From assembly GCA_003155135.1 (NCBI GenBank), contig PMFN01000015.1, forward strand, positions 15,747 to 79,746: 64,000 nucleotides of DNA, given 5' to 3'. This document shows positions 52,448 through 62,345 of the stretch, piece by piece. The position numbers and the translations under genes were made by a program. Every line of letters begins with the position of its first letter. Position 1 is the first letter of the stretch. Below the pieces are notes generated by a model. The model had not been told where the DNA came from and did not search any database. It saw only the letters and a program-made list of their open reading frames with translations. This stretch comes from Acidimicrobiaceae bacterium. GTDB lineage: Bacteria; Actinomycetota; Acidimicrobiia; Acidimicrobiales; RAAP-2.

Positions 52448-53416
52448 CTAGGGAACGAGCACCACGCGGCCGAACGCTTGGCGGCTCTCGATGTAGGCGT
52501 GGGCGGCAGCCGCCTCGGCGAGCGGGAACCGGCGGTCGATGACGACCCGGAGGCTGCCGTGCGCGACGTCGTCGAGGAGCCCGGCGATCATGGCGTGCGC
52601 CCGGGGCGCCATGAACAGCTCGGCACCGAGGAAGTAACCCGACAATGTCTGGTTGTTCGGCCGCAGGCCCGAGATGTCGACGCGCTCTGAGGGATGGCGC
52701 CCGGCGTCGCCGACGGTGACGCAGCGGCCGCGGTAGGCGAGCGCGCGTAGGCTCTGCTCCAGGGTCCGACCCCCCACCGAGTCCACGATCACGTCGGCCC
52801 CGCGCCCGCCGGTCAGCGACCGCACCGCGTCGACGAAGTCCACCTCGGCGTAGTTGATGCCGTCGTCGAGCCCGTACGCAGCGAGCCGTTCGAGCCGCTC
52901 GGCACTCGAGGCGGTCGAGAGCACCCGGGCCCCGGCCGCCTTGGCCATCTGGATCGCGCCGATCCCCACACCCCCTGCGCCGGCGTGCACGAGGGCGGTC
53001 TCGCCCGCTTGCAGTCGGCCAAACTCGAAGAGGCAGTCATGGGCGGTCCCAAAGGCGACGGGGACGCACGCCGCCTCCTCGGTGGCGAGGCCGTCGGGCA
53101 CCTTCCACGCGAATGCCTCGCCGGCCACCCGCAATTCGGCGTGGGAGCCGTCGACCCCGACGGTCACGACGCGATCGCCGAGCGAGAACGACTCGACGCC
53201 CTCGCCGAGGCCGACCACGGTGCCGGCGCACTGGTAGCCGACGATGTGGGGCGCCCGGGTGATCTCACCGCCCGCGCGGTTCAAGGTGTCCCCGCCCTCG
53301 ATGCTCACCGCCTCGACGGCGACGAGCAGCTCGCCGCGGCCAGCTGTGGGGTCGGGTACCTCCTCGTAGGAGAACACGTCGGGGGGACCGGTGACGGAGT
53401 AGACGGCTGCCTTCAT
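52448..53416 (-). CDS. NADPH:quinone oxidoreductase / zinc-type alcohol dehydrogenase superfamily (MDR)
   Basis: Starts at ATG 53416 (MKAAVY). Contains VHAGAGGVGIGAIQMAKAAGA, a Rossmann motif. Confidence 0.9.
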   Translation of the reverse strand: MKAAVYSVTGPPDVFSYEEVPDPTAGRGELLVAVEAVSIEGGDTLNRAGGEITRAPHIVGYQCAGTVVGLGEGVESFSLGDRVVTVGVDGSHAELRVAGEAFAWKVPDGLATEEAACVPVAFGTAHDCLFEFGRLQAGETALVHAGAGGVGIGAIQMAKAAGARVLSTASSAERLERLAAYGLDDGINYAEVDFVDAVRSLTGGRGADVIVDSVGGRTLEQSLRALAYRGRCVTVGDAGRHPSERVDISGLRPNNQTLSGYFLGAELFMAPRAHAMIAGLLDDVAHGSLRVVIDRRFPLAEAAAAHAYIESRQAFGRVVLVP

Positions 53417-53638
53417 GGGAGCGAGCGTAGCGATATCGGCGATATTCGGCGTGTCCTTCGGGCCGAGGGGCGGCGAGGCGGCGGTCCGCACCCCTACGGT
53501 CGTGGACAGCTGGCACGTTGCACTGTGCGCGGCAAGGCTGTACCGAGAGAGGTTGACGTCCGTCGAGAACCCCACGGCGGCCGTCGAAGAGCGCCCGGGG
53601 GACCATCCCCGGGTCCGAGCTGCAAGGGAACGGGTGTC

Positions 53639-54982
53639 ATGGCCATCGCGCAACTGCTCGACGAGTCGCTGAAGGGGGGCCTGCCCGTCAGGCTGCGCGC
53701 CTACGACGGCAGCGAGGCCGGGCCGCCCGACGCGTCGGCCACGGTCATCCTCCGTTCCCCCGACGCTCTCGCCCGGATCCTGACGCGCCCAGGGGAGCTC
53801 GGCCTCGGCCGGGCGTATGTGGCGGGCGACCTCGACCTCGAAGGGGACATCTACTCGCTGTTCGCCCTCAACGTGGACGCCAACAAGTTGCGCATCGCCC
53901 CCCACCGGGCCCTCGAGATCCTCAGGGCCGTCGGACGCCCCGCCATCCGCTTCCTCCCTCCACCGCCCGAAGAGGCTCGTGTGCGGGGCGCCATCCACTC
54001 GCGCCGGCGCGACCACAACGCCGTGTCGCACCACTACGACGTGGGCAATGCCTTCTACGAGCTCGTCCTCGGGCCGTCCATGACCTATTCGTGCGCGGTC
54101 TTCGGCTCGCCCCACGATCCGCTCGAGACGGCGCAGGCCAACAAGTACGACCTCGTCTGCGCAAAGCTCGGCTTGGAGCCCGGCATGCGCCTGCTCGACG
54201 TCGGCTGCGGGTGGGGCGGCATGGTGCGCCATGCGGCCACCCACTACGGGGTGGACGCCGTCGGGGTCACCGTGTCCGAACGGCAGTACGAGTGGGCCAC
54301 CAAGCGCGTGGCCGACGAGGGTCTGGGGGGCCGGGTCGAGATCCGGCTCCAGGACTACCGCGAGGTCGCCGACGGTCCGTTCGACGCCATCAGCAGCATC
54401 GGCATGTTCGAGCACGTGGGCCGCGCCCGCATGGAGGAATATGTCTCGGACCTCTGCAGCCTGCTGGCACCGGGGGGCCGGCTCTTGAACCACGCCATCG
54501 CCCAGCCTGGGCATCCCTTCCCCGCCACACCGACGGGTCGGGTGCGGGCGGCGTCGCGGCGCATGGCGGTCGCCGCGGGGCTACGAGCGCCGTCCAAGAT
54601 CCACAGCCCCTTCATGGACCGCTACGTCTTCCCCGACGGCGAGCTGCACGAGGTCGGCGTGGTGGTCTCGATGCTCCAGGACAACGGCTTCGAGGTGCGC
54701 CACCTCGAGAGCCTGCGCGAGCACTACGCCCTCACCCTCCGCCAGTGGGTGGCCAACCTCGATCGCAACTGGGACGAGGCGGTGCGCCAGGTCGGGGCCG
54801 GGCGCGCCAGGGTGTGGCGCTTCTACATGGCCGGCTCAGCCGTCGGCTTCGAACGCCACAACCTCGAGATCCACCAGGTGCTGGCGGTTCGCCCCGACGC
54901 CGGTCGGTCCGGGATGCCCCTGCGGCCGGACTTCGAAGGGGCGGCGCGCTCGCCTGACGTGCCCCGGTCTCAGCCGCGGTAG
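53639..54982 (+). CDS. cfa: cyclopropane-fatty-acyl-phospholipid synthase family methyltransferase
   Basis: Starts at ATG 53639. Contains HYDVGNAFYELVLGPSMTYSCAVF, SAM motif LLDVGCGWGG, SIGMFEHVG, YALTLRQW and WRFYMAGSAVGFE. Confidence 0.88.
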   Translation: MAIAQLLDESLKGGLPVRLRAYDGSEAGPPDASATVILRSPDALARILTRPGELGLGRAYVAGDLDLEGDIYSLFALNVDANKLRIAPHRALEILRAVGRPAIRFLPPPPEEARVRGAIHSRRRDHNAVSHHYDVGNAFYELVLGPSMTYSCAVFGSPHDPLETAQANKYDLVCAKLGLEPGMRLLDVGCGWGGMVRHAATHYGVDAVGVTVSERQYEWATKRVADEGLGGRVEIRLQDYREVADGPFDAISSIGMFEHVGRARMEEYVSDLCSLLAPGGRLLNHAIAQPGHPFPATPTGRVRAASRRMAVAAGLRAPSKIHSPFMDRYVFPDGELHEVGVVVSMLQDNGFEVRHLESLREHYALTLRQWVANLDRNWDEAVRQVGAGRARVWRFYMAGSAVGFERHNLEIHQVLAVRPDAGRSGMPLRPDFEGAARSPDVPRSQPR

Positions 54983-56178
54983 GCGGCGGCCTCGCTGCGC
55001 ACGATGCCGACCAGGTTGCCAAGCGCGAGGTTCACGTCCTCGAGGTGCAGCCCCCAGGTGGGCCCCAGGCTCTCGGGCACGATCGGGCGGTGGTCGCCAG
55101 GGCCGGCTTCGCTGTCCACCTGCAGCCAGCTGGCGCCGCCGCGGTACTCGCACTGCGCCCGGTAGAGGTCGGGGTCGCTCACCCACGGCGTCGCATAGGG
55201 CAGGCCGGGGTCGTTGGCGCCGAGCGGGCCGGGGAACGCGGCCGTTGGGAAATAGGGCTCGAGTGTGCCGCTGCCCCCGCCCAAGGCGGCGGGGTTCACA
55301 CAGAGCACCTGGAGGGCGCTGGCCGGCTGCTGGCCCGAAAGCGCGCTCACCCCCGTCCCCACCCGACCGAAGAGCGAGTCGGCCGGCGGTGGCGTCGAGA
55401 AGCTCGAGTAGGCGATCACACAGCCGGTCTGGCCTGCGGACCGGCACGCGGGGATGTGGGCGAAGTCACCCCCGACGGTCTTCCCCACCGGGACCGTGAC
55501 GTTCCCGCCCAAGATGATGGCCGAGACCAGCTTCTTTCGCACCGACGGCACCGGGTCGACCTGGGCCTTGAGGAGCTGGATCAGCATGGCGGCGCCCTGC
55601 GAGTGGCCGATGAACACGACGGGTCGGCCATGGTTGTCGTGGGCGAGGTAGTCGAGCCACGCGCTCTGCACCCCCTCATAGGCGGTGCTCACCGCCTGGG
55701 CGCTCAGACCTGTGCCACCGATTGCCGACAGCGTGAGCTGGGGGTAGACGGGAGCCCACACCCGGCAGACCGACGAGAAGCGCGACGCCTGGGCGACGGC
55801 GATGGCTGTCTCCTCGGGGTCGATGTCGTAGTTGGCGTTGGTGGTGGGCTGGGCGCTCACGGTCGGGTACACGTAGAAGCAGTCCACCTTCGGCTCGGCA
55901 GCCGGCTCGGTGGTGACCACCTTCGTCGATCCGTCGGCGCCGACGACCGTCGTTGTCTGTGATGTGAGGCACGGGTCGTGGGCGGCGCCGGGTCGGCACA
56001 GCCACACGGTCGGGTGCGCCTCGAGGCTCGACGCCTCGATGACCGTGGCAGACGTCGCAGCCGACGCCGTGCCCTGCCCGACCGCTCCGGCGACGAGGGC
56101 CCCGGTGACCGCCGCTGCCGCCAGGGCAGCGGCCGCAACGGGCCGCAGGGCGTGTGCTACCGCACGGATCGTGGTCAC
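54970..56178 (-). CDS. secreted DUF3089-like alpha/beta hydrolase (lipase-like)
   Basis: GTG start with a signal-like head (AAAALAAAAVTGALVAGAVGQGTASA). Contains VDCFYVYPT and HGRPVVFIGHSQGAAML. Its 3' end overlaps cfa by 13 nt (convergent). Confidence 0.8.
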   Translation of the reverse strand: MTTIRAVAHALRPVAAAALAAAAVTGALVAGAVGQGTASAATSATVIEASSLEAHPTVWLCRPGAAHDPCLTSQTTTVVGADGSTKVVTTEPAAEPKVDCFYVYPTVSAQPTTNANYDIDPEETAIAVAQASRFSSVCRVWAPVYPQLTLSAIGGTGLSAQAVSTAYEGVQSAWLDYLAHDNHGRPVVFIGHSQGAAMLIQLLKAQVDPVPSVRKKLVSAIILGGNVTVPVGKTVGGDFAHIPACRSAGQTGCVIAYSSFSTPPPADSLFGRVGTGVSALSGQQPASALQVLCVNPAALGGGSGTLEPYFPTAAFPGPLGANDPGLPYATPWVSDPDLYRAQCEYRGGASWLQVDSEAGPGDHRPIVPESLGPTWGLHLEDVNLALGNLVGIVRSEAAAYRG

Positions 56179-56347
56179 GTGGGGTGTCCGGCCGGGATGC
56201 GCATCGGTGCTGAAACGCTAGTGCTGCGGAGCCCCGCCGTCGCGTCGTGCCCATGGGCCGACCGAAGGCCGCCGGTGCAGTGGCGCCGCCCTCCACTACC
56301 GTGTTCCTGCCGGGATCGGAGGGGTACCCGGCCATGAGGGGGACACG

Positions 56348-58381
56348 GTGAGCGACGACATGGCGCCAGAAACGGGCGGACCCGGCGTCTCGCGGGCTGA
56401 CGACGGCGACGGGGCGGCTGCCACCCCCGGGTCGGTGCGTGGCCTGAACGTGCCCGCACTCGGTGCACGCCTGCACATCACGGCTCGTGCCGTGCAGATC
56501 GCGCTCGGTTGCATCTGGCTCCTCGACGCTGCGCTGCAGCTCCAGCCCAAGATGTTCTCGCAGACCTTCACGAGCATGCTGGCCGCCAATTCGGTCGGCC
56601 AGCCGGCCCCGATCGCCTGGTCGATCAACACCATGGTCCACTTCATCCGACCCGATGTCGGGGTGTGGAACTTCCTCTTCGCCATGGCCCAGCTCGCCAT
56701 CGGCGTGGGCCTGCTCGTGCGCTCGACCGTCCGGCCCGCCATGGTCCTCATGTTCGTCTGGTGCGCCATGGTCTGGTGGTTCGGCGAGGGGTTCGGCATG
56801 CTGCTCACGGGCACCGCCTCACCGCTCACCGGCGCACCGGGGGCCGTGCTCCTCTACGCCGCCATCGGCATCCTGGTCTGGCCGCGGCGCACCCCTGCCG
56901 CCGACGCACCCGGCGCCGTCGGGGTGGCATCGTCGGCGGCGGCTGTCGGACCGCTCGGCTCCTTCGGGGCGCTCGCCGTCTGGGTGGCGTTTTGGGTCAG
57001 CTCCGCCGTGCTGTGGCTGCTCCCGGCCAACCGGGCGCCGGGCGCGGTGTCCGGTGGCATCAACTCGATGTCGGCGATGGGCCCGGGGTGGTACTCGAGC
57101 TTCCTGCACTCCATTGCGGGCCACTTCGGCTCCATCGGCCCCCAGAGCGCGTGGGTGCTCGCCATCGTGTCGGTCGCCATCGGTCTCGGGCCACTCCTCT
57201 CGAGCCGCCCGAGCGCCTTCCTCCTCGGGGGCAGCGTGCTCCAACTCGCGTTCTGGGTGACCGGCATGGGCCTCGGATCGATGTTGAGCGGTACGGGGAC
57301 CGACCCCAGCATCGCCCCGCTGGTGGTCCTCCTGGCAGTCGCCATGCTGCCCAAGAAGGTGCCGGTGCAGGCGTCGGACCGGGCGCCGATCGGTGCGCTC
57401 GTGCGCCGTAACCCGGTGGCGACGTGGGGCTTCGCTGCGGGCATCGGAGCCGCGCTCTTGCTCAGCGCCACGTACCCGGTCGCCGCCGAGGTCGCGACCG
57501 TCCCCACGACGTCCACGACGGCGGCGAAGGCGGCGACGGCCTCGTCGTCATCGAGCTCCTCGAACTCGTCAAGCTCGGTGCCGGGGATGAACATGTCAGG
57601 CGGCGCCGTGTCACCCAAGGCGAAGGCCAAGGGCTCGGGGATGGCGTCGAACGTCACGATGGCGGGCATGGCCGGCCTCGGGGTGACGGCGAAGGGATGG
57701 AAGTACACCGGCCCCCCGCTCCCCGCCGCCGAGGTCGCCACCCTCACCACGGTGAGCGCGGCGACCGACAAGGGCCACGCCATGCAGACCCCGGACTGCA
57801 CGCAGACCCCGACCGCCGCGCAGACCCTCGGCGCGGTGCAGTACGTCCAGGCCGTCAGCGCCGCCGTCTCCAAGTACGCCGTGCTGGCCGACGCCACCGC
57901 TGCGGGCTACGTGCCGATCACCAACCCCGCCTACCCCGTCGTGCACTACCTCAACGTGTCCGACATGAAGACCCAGGACATCTTGGACCCGAACCACGTC
58001 GACTCACTCGTCTACGCCACCACACCGAACGGGCCGGTGCTCGTGGCCGCCATGTTCCTCATGCCCGGCCCGGGGGACGGGCCCATGCCCTACGGGTGCT
58101 TGGTGCAATGGCACGCCCACACCAATCTGTGCCGGTCGCTCAGCACCGGCCAGATCAGCGGCTTCCAGCCCTGCGCTCCCGGATTCACCCCCGAGGGGAC
58201 CACACCGATGATGACCCACGTGTGGCAGGTCCCCGTCGCCGGCGGCCCGCTCGCCATCGACCCCTCGGACCTCCAGGTCGTCGAGGCGGCGATCATGGCC
58301 CAGCAAGAGGGGCTGGCCCCGGTGACATCGCCCGGGGGTACGCCGACGTTCGAGACGACCTCGACGCACAGCACGCCGTGA
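56348..58381 (+). CDS. hypothetical membrane protein: polytopic N-terminal half, poly-Ser linker, unassigned His/Cys-containing C-terminal domain
   Basis: GTG start with GAGGGGGA upstream. About 10 hydrophobic spans lie in residues ~45-390. Then come ATASSSSSSSNSSSS and a ~230-aa soluble domain (VHYLNVSD, CLVQWHAHTNLC, MMTHVWQVP). No family recognised. Confidence 0.65.
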   Translation: MSDDMAPETGGPGVSRADDGDGAAATPGSVRGLNVPALGARLHITARAVQIALGCIWLLDAALQLQPKMFSQTFTSMLAANSVGQPAPIAWSINTMVHFIRPDVGVWNFLFAMAQLAIGVGLLVRSTVRPAMVLMFVWCAMVWWFGEGFGMLLTGTASPLTGAPGAVLLYAAIGILVWPRRTPAADAPGAVGVASSAAAVGPLGSFGALAVWVAFWVSSAVLWLLPANRAPGAVSGGINSMSAMGPGWYSSFLHSIAGHFGSIGPQSAWVLAIVSVAIGLGPLLSSRPSAFLLGGSVLQLAFWVTGMGLGSMLSGTGTDPSIAPLVVLLAVAMLPKKVPVQASDRAPIGALVRRNPVATWGFAAGIGAALLLSATYPVAAEVATVPTTSTTAAKAATASSSSSSSNSSSSVPGMNMSGGAVSPKAKAKGSGMASNVTMAGMAGLGVTAKGWKYTGPPLPAAEVATLTTVSAATDKGHAMQTPDCTQTPTAAQTLGAVQYVQAVSAAVSKYAVLADATAAGYVPITNPAYPVVHYLNVSDMKTQDILDPNHVDSLVYATTPNGPVLVAAMFLMPGPGDGPMPYGCLVQWHAHTNLCRSLSTGQISGFQPCAPGFTPEGTTPMMTHVWQVPVAGGPLAIDPSDLQVVEAAIMAQQEGLAPVTSPGGTPTFETTSTHSTP

Positions 58382-58456
58382 GCCCGGTCCCCCGTGCGCT
58401 CCACGGCAGCCGACCATCCCCCTAAGGTCTGGGGACCGGCCGACACAGGGGGACGC

Positions 58457-59608
58457 ATGAGCGACTCGGGAGACGTGAAGGGCAGCTTCGACGGGCGGTT
58501 CAAGGCGCTGCGCGACATTCTCGCCGCCAATCTGGAGAGCGGCGAGGACCTCGGGGCGTCGGTGGCGGTGACCGTCGAAGGCCACCCGGTGGTCGACCTG
58601 TGGGGTGGATGGTCCGACGAAGGCCGCCAATCCCCGTGGGGCGAGGACACGATCACCAATGTGTGGTCGACGACCAAGACCATGACCAATCTCTGCGCCC
58701 TCGTGCTGGCCGACCGCGGGCTCCTCGACGTCGACGCGCCGGTCGCCCGGTACTGGCCCGAGTTCGCCGCCAACGGCAAGGAGGGGGTGCTGGTCCGCCA
58801 GGTCCTCTCGCACACCTCGGGCGTGTCGGGATGGGCCCAGCCCGTCACCGTCGAGGACATCTTCGACTGGGAGCGCTCCACCGCCATGCTCGCCGCCCAG
58901 GCGCCGTGGTGGGAGCCGGGCACGGCCTCGGGCTACCACGCCCTCAACCAGGGACATCTGGTGGGCGAGGTGCTGCGGCGCATCGATGGCCGTTCGCTCG
59001 GGCGCTTCTTCGCCGAGGAGGTGGCCGGCCCCCTCGGGGGCGACTTCCACATCGGGCTCGACCCGAGCGACGACCACCGGGTGTCCGACGTCATCGCGCC
59101 CCCGCCGCTCGACATCGACCTCGCCACGCTCGACATGGACAGCGTGGCGGTCAAGACCTTTACCGGCCCGGCCCCCGACGCCTCGGTGGCCAACACCACC
59201 GCATGGCGGCGGGCGGAGATCGGGGCGGCGAACGGGCACGGCAATGCCCGCTCGGTGGCGCGCATCCAGGCCGTCGTGGCCAACGGCGGCACGCTCGACG
59301 GCGTCTCGCTGCTCTCGCCGTCGACCGTCGACCTCATCTTCCGCGAGCAGTCCAACGGCGTGGACCTCGTGCTCGGCCTCCCGCTGCGCTTCGGGATCGG
59401 CTACGGCCTCACCGACCCGGAGACCTTTGCATTCCTGCCGTCGGGGCGCGTCTGCCACTGGGGTGGCTGGGGCGGGTCGGTCATCATCGTCGACGTGGAG
59501 CGCCACCTGACCATCGCCTATGTGATGAACAAGATGGCGGGCGGCCTGGTGGGCGACCTGCGCGGGTTCAGCCTCGTGACCGCTGCCTACGAGGCGCTGG
59601 GGCTCTAG
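58457..59608 (+). CDS. serine hydrolase, beta-lactamase/esterase (class C / EstB-like) family
   Basis: Starts at ATG 58457 with AGGGGGA upstream. Contains the S-x-x-K motif in [10 protein letters not shown] and the Y-x-N motif in GYHALNQG. Confidence 0.88.
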   Translation: MSDSGDVKGSFDGRFKALRDILAANLESGEDLGASVAVTVEGHPVVDLWGGWSDEGRQSPWGEDTITNVWSTTKTMTNLCALVLADRGLLDVDAPVARYWPEFAANGKEGVLVRQVLSHTSGVSGWAQPVTVEDIFDWERSTAMLAAQAPWWEPGTASGYHALNQGHLVGEVLRRIDGRSLGRFFAEEVAGPLGGDFHIGLDPSDDHRVSDVIAPPPLDIDLATLDMDSVAVKTFTGPAPDASVANTTAWRRAEIGAANGHGNARSVARIQAVVANGGTLDGVSLLSPSTVDLIFREQSNGVDLVLGLPLRFGIGYGLTDPETFAFLPSGRVCHWGGWGGSVIIVDVERHLTIAYVMNKMAGGLVGDLRGFSLVTAAYEALGL

Positions 59609-60147
59609 GCGACCGAGCCGAACCGACCGTCGGCGGCTGGCGCCGCCGACGACGCAGGAACGGTGGTCGTCGTCGGAGGGCTCGTTGTGGTCGTCGGAGG
59701 GCTCGTTGTGGTGGTGGGCCCCGGGGCGGTCGACGTCGTACTCGGAGGAAGTGACGTGCTCGGGGCGGCGGTGATCGGGACCGGCGTGGTCGTCGGGTCA
59801 CCAGCCGACCCCTGCGAGGTGGCCGCCGGAGACGACGACACCGACGGCGCCGTAGACGCGGCCTGGGCCAGGACGGGGTAGCGCACCAGGACGCGCCGAG
59901 CAATGGTGGCAAAACCCGGAGCGGGAGCAGCTCGCGTGGCCGGGACGGTGGTCAAGGTCGATGTGGGCGCCGGGGTGCCCGACGTGGCAGTCGTCGAGGG
60001 CCCGGACGGTTCGCGGACCGGCGCGGTGGGAGCAGGAGGCGCCACATCCCCGGGGTGCGTGCGGTGGAACGAGTTCGTGATGAAGAGCACCTCGAAGACC
60101 ACGAGCACCACGACGATTCCGAGAGTTACCCGCTGCCAGGTCTTCAT
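59605..60147 (-). CDS. hypothetical membrane-anchored Pro/Thr/Ser-rich protein
   Basis: Starts at ATG 60147, giving [25 protein letters not shown] (a single TM span). About 150 aa of P/T/S/A-rich low complexity follow, including [18 protein letters not shown]. No homology is recognisable. Coding status rests on the TM head and the open frame only. Confidence 0.45.
   Translation of the reverse strand: MKTWQRVTLGIVVVLVVFEVLFITNSFHRTHPGDVAPPAPTAPVREPSGPSTTATSGTPAPTSTLTTVPATRAAPAPGFATIARRVLVRYPVLAQAASTAPSVSSSPAATSQGSAGDPTTTPVPITAAPSTSLPPSTTSTAPGPTTTTSPPTTTTSPPTTTTVPASSAAPAADGRFGSVA
59670..59711. repeat. perfect tandem duplication of a 21-nt unit (TCGTCGGAGGGCTCGTTGTGG x2)
   Basis: Read directly at 59670-59690 and 59691-59711. 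On the minus strand it encodes the repeated PPTTTTS unit of the P/T-rich protein. Confidence 0.85.
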
Positions 60148-60427
60148 CCGCACGCTGCGTTCCTCGCCCCGCCGCTCCGCCGGCCCGCACCGGTCCCGGG
60201 ACGGGCCGACCCACCGTCGTTCGCGGGCCCGCATCCGGGTCCCGGGACTGGCGTCACTGCACCCCTCGACGGTAGCCGTCGACGCCGCGCGTGCGCCGAG
60301 CACGCAGCTCGACCAGCGGTCCTCTCACCGAGCCGCCCGGGTCGCCGGCCCACACGGGGACGCACGCGGCATGACCACGCCGACATCGCACCTGATCGGC
60401 GCTGCCACTTCCGTGCGGCGGCACCTG

Positions 60428-61165
60428 TCAGGGGGCTCGCCGGGCGAGCACGAGAGTGGACACGCCGAACCGCCGGATCACGGGGGCCGAATCGAACCAT
60501 GCGATGCGCTCGCGGTACCAGTCGGACCAGCGTGACGGCAGCCAGGCGTACTGCTCGAAGACGGGCCAGACGAATCCGATCCGCTCGACGTCGAAGCCCG
60601 CTTCTCGGACGAGCCCGGCGAGTTCGCCGGGCCAGTAGTTTCTCGCCTCCATCATCGGCTGTGACACCCGCGTCGGCAGCCAGGGCACGAACGGGGTCGG
60701 GGCTGACGAGCGCCACGCTCCGATGCGGATGCCGTGCCCCTCGAACGGGAACCACCGGTTCGGGCTGATGACGACCAGCATGCCCCCGGGGCGCAGCACG
60801 CGCCGCAGCTCGCCGAGGGCCGTCTCCTCGTCGACCACGTGCTCCATGACCTCGTTGACGAACGCGCCGTCGAAGCTGTCGGCGTCGAAGGGGAGGCTCT
60901 CGCCGTCGAGGGCCTGGAACGTCGCAGCCGAAATGCCCCGGGCACGGGCCTCGGCGATCCGCTCGGGCCGCACATCGACGCCGGTCACCTGCTCCGCCCC
61001 CGCTGCGAGCAGCTCGGCTGCGTACCCCCCGTCGGCACAGCCGAAGTCGAGCCAGGACCCGCGCACGCACTCGGCGAATTTCGCGACCCGATAGGGCACG
61101 TTCTGCTCGTGCGCGGTCGATGCCCCCGGGTGGGGCGTCCAACGCTCGGCCGGGGGCGCCTTCAC
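60428..61165 (-). CDS. class I SAM-dependent methyltransferase
   Basis: Contains motif I WLDFGCADGGYAA, FDGAFVNEVMEHV and LRPGGMLVVISPN. No ATG is in frame, so the candidate start is GTG 61165. Confidence 0.8.
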   Translation of the reverse strand: MKAPPAERWTPHPGASTAHEQNVPYRVAKFAECVRGSWLDFGCADGGYAAELLAAGAEQVTGVDVRPERIAEARARGISAATFQALDGESLPFDADSFDGAFVNEVMEHVVDEETALGELRRVLRPGGMLVVISPNRWFPFEGHGIRIGAWRSSAPTPFVPWLPTRVSQPMMEARNYWPGELAGLVREAGFDVERIGFVWPVFEQYAWLPSRWSDWYRERIAWFDSAPVIRRFGVSTLVLARRAP

Positions 61166-61417
61166 CGGCCTATGCCATGGCCTGCCACGGGTGCAGCTGC
61201 GCCGGCCCGATCGCTTCGGGGACGCGGGGCGCTGGGCCCTGCGCCGTGCGCCTCGGCCGATTGCAACCCGAGACCGTTGCGGACCGCTCCCCTTCCCGAC
61301 GCCCCACCATCGGACCAGTGTGCGCACAGCCGGGGTTGCCGCCAACCGGCAGCGGCACGAACTTCCTACGCCAAATGATGGACGTCACCGGCTGCGAGCG
61401 GCCAGGGGCGAGACGCG

Positions 61418-62320
61418 CTACTCGCGCACCTTGGTCTTCGCTGCCCGCACAATGGGCGGTGCGTCCTGCCAGGCGGTAATCCCGTCCTCGGGGCGCGCCG
61501 CGGGGAAGCCGTCATCATGACGCTCGGCCCAGTGCGAGTGGTTGAGCTGATGAAGGGTGAAGCATGCCTGGAGGCTCGTGTAGAAGCCCATGTTGTCCAT
61601 GGTCTGGTTCACCGACTCTTTGATCAGCAGGGCGGTCATCGTGGGCAGCTCAGCGATGCGGCGCGCGAAGTCGAGCGTGCGCTCGGACAGCTCGGCTTCG
61701 GGGAAGATCTTCGACACCATCCCGAGCTGGTACGCCTCCTCGGCGCCGAGCGAGTCGCCGGTGAGCATCAGCTCCTTGGTCTTGCGGGGTCCGAACTCCC
61801 ACGGGTGGGCGAAGTACTCGAGGCCGCACATGCCGAGCCTCGTTCCCACCACGTCAGCGAACTCGGCGTTCTCGGCCGCCACGATCAGGTCGCACGCCCA
61901 CATCAGCATCAGGCCCGCCGCGAAGACTGGTCCGTGTACCTGGGCGATGGTGATCTTGCGCAGGTTGCGCCAGCGCAACGTGTTGGTGAAGTAGTAGTGC
62001 CATTCCTGGAGCATGCGGTTCTCCGCACCCAGCCGGGTGCCGCCGTCGACGGCGAACGTCGGGTGCTGATCTGGACCGGGGCGCATCTCAGCCAGCATCT
62101 CCTTCGAGCCGAGGTCGTGGCCGGAGGAGAACATCGGGCCCGTGCCCCCGAGGATGACCACGCGCACCTCGTCGTCGGCCTCGGCGGCGAGCAGCGCCTC
62201 GTCGAGCTCGACGAGCAGGCCCCGGTTCTGAGCGTTGCGGCTGCGCTCGCGGTTGAGCAGCACCCGGACGATGCGGCCCTCGTCGAGTGTCTCCACGGTG
62301 ATGTACTTGTACTCGGGCAA
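61418..62320 (-). CDS. enoyl-CoA hydratase/isomerase (crotonase) family protein
   Basis: Starts at TTG 62320 with GAGGAGG 4 nt upstream. Contains ITVETLDEGRIVRVLLNRERSRNAQN, FSSGHDL and AQVHGPVFAAGLMLMWACDLIVA. Confidence 0.88.
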   Translation of the reverse strand: MPEYKYITVETLDEGRIVRVLLNRERSRNAQNRGLLVELDEALLAAEADDEVRVVILGGTGPMFSSGHDLGSKEMLAEMRPGPDQHPTFAVDGGTRLGAENRMLQEWHYYFTNTLRWRNLRKITIAQVHGPVFAAGLMLMWACDLIVAAENAEFADVVGTRLGMCGLEYFAHPWEFGPRKTKELMLTGDSLGAEEAYQLGMVSKIFPEAELSERTLDFARRIAELPTMTALLIKESVNQTMDNMGFYTSLQACFTLHQLNHSHWAERHDDGFPAARPEDGITAWQDAPPIVRAAKTKVRE

Positions 62321-62345
62321 CGTTCCTCCTCGTTCCGGGTGGGCG

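Noticed and set aside
58004-59506. 500-aa minus-strand ORF
   Set aside because: It lies antisense to the serine hydrolase gene (SxxK and YxN motifs are on the plus strand). It is R/G/D/E-rich.
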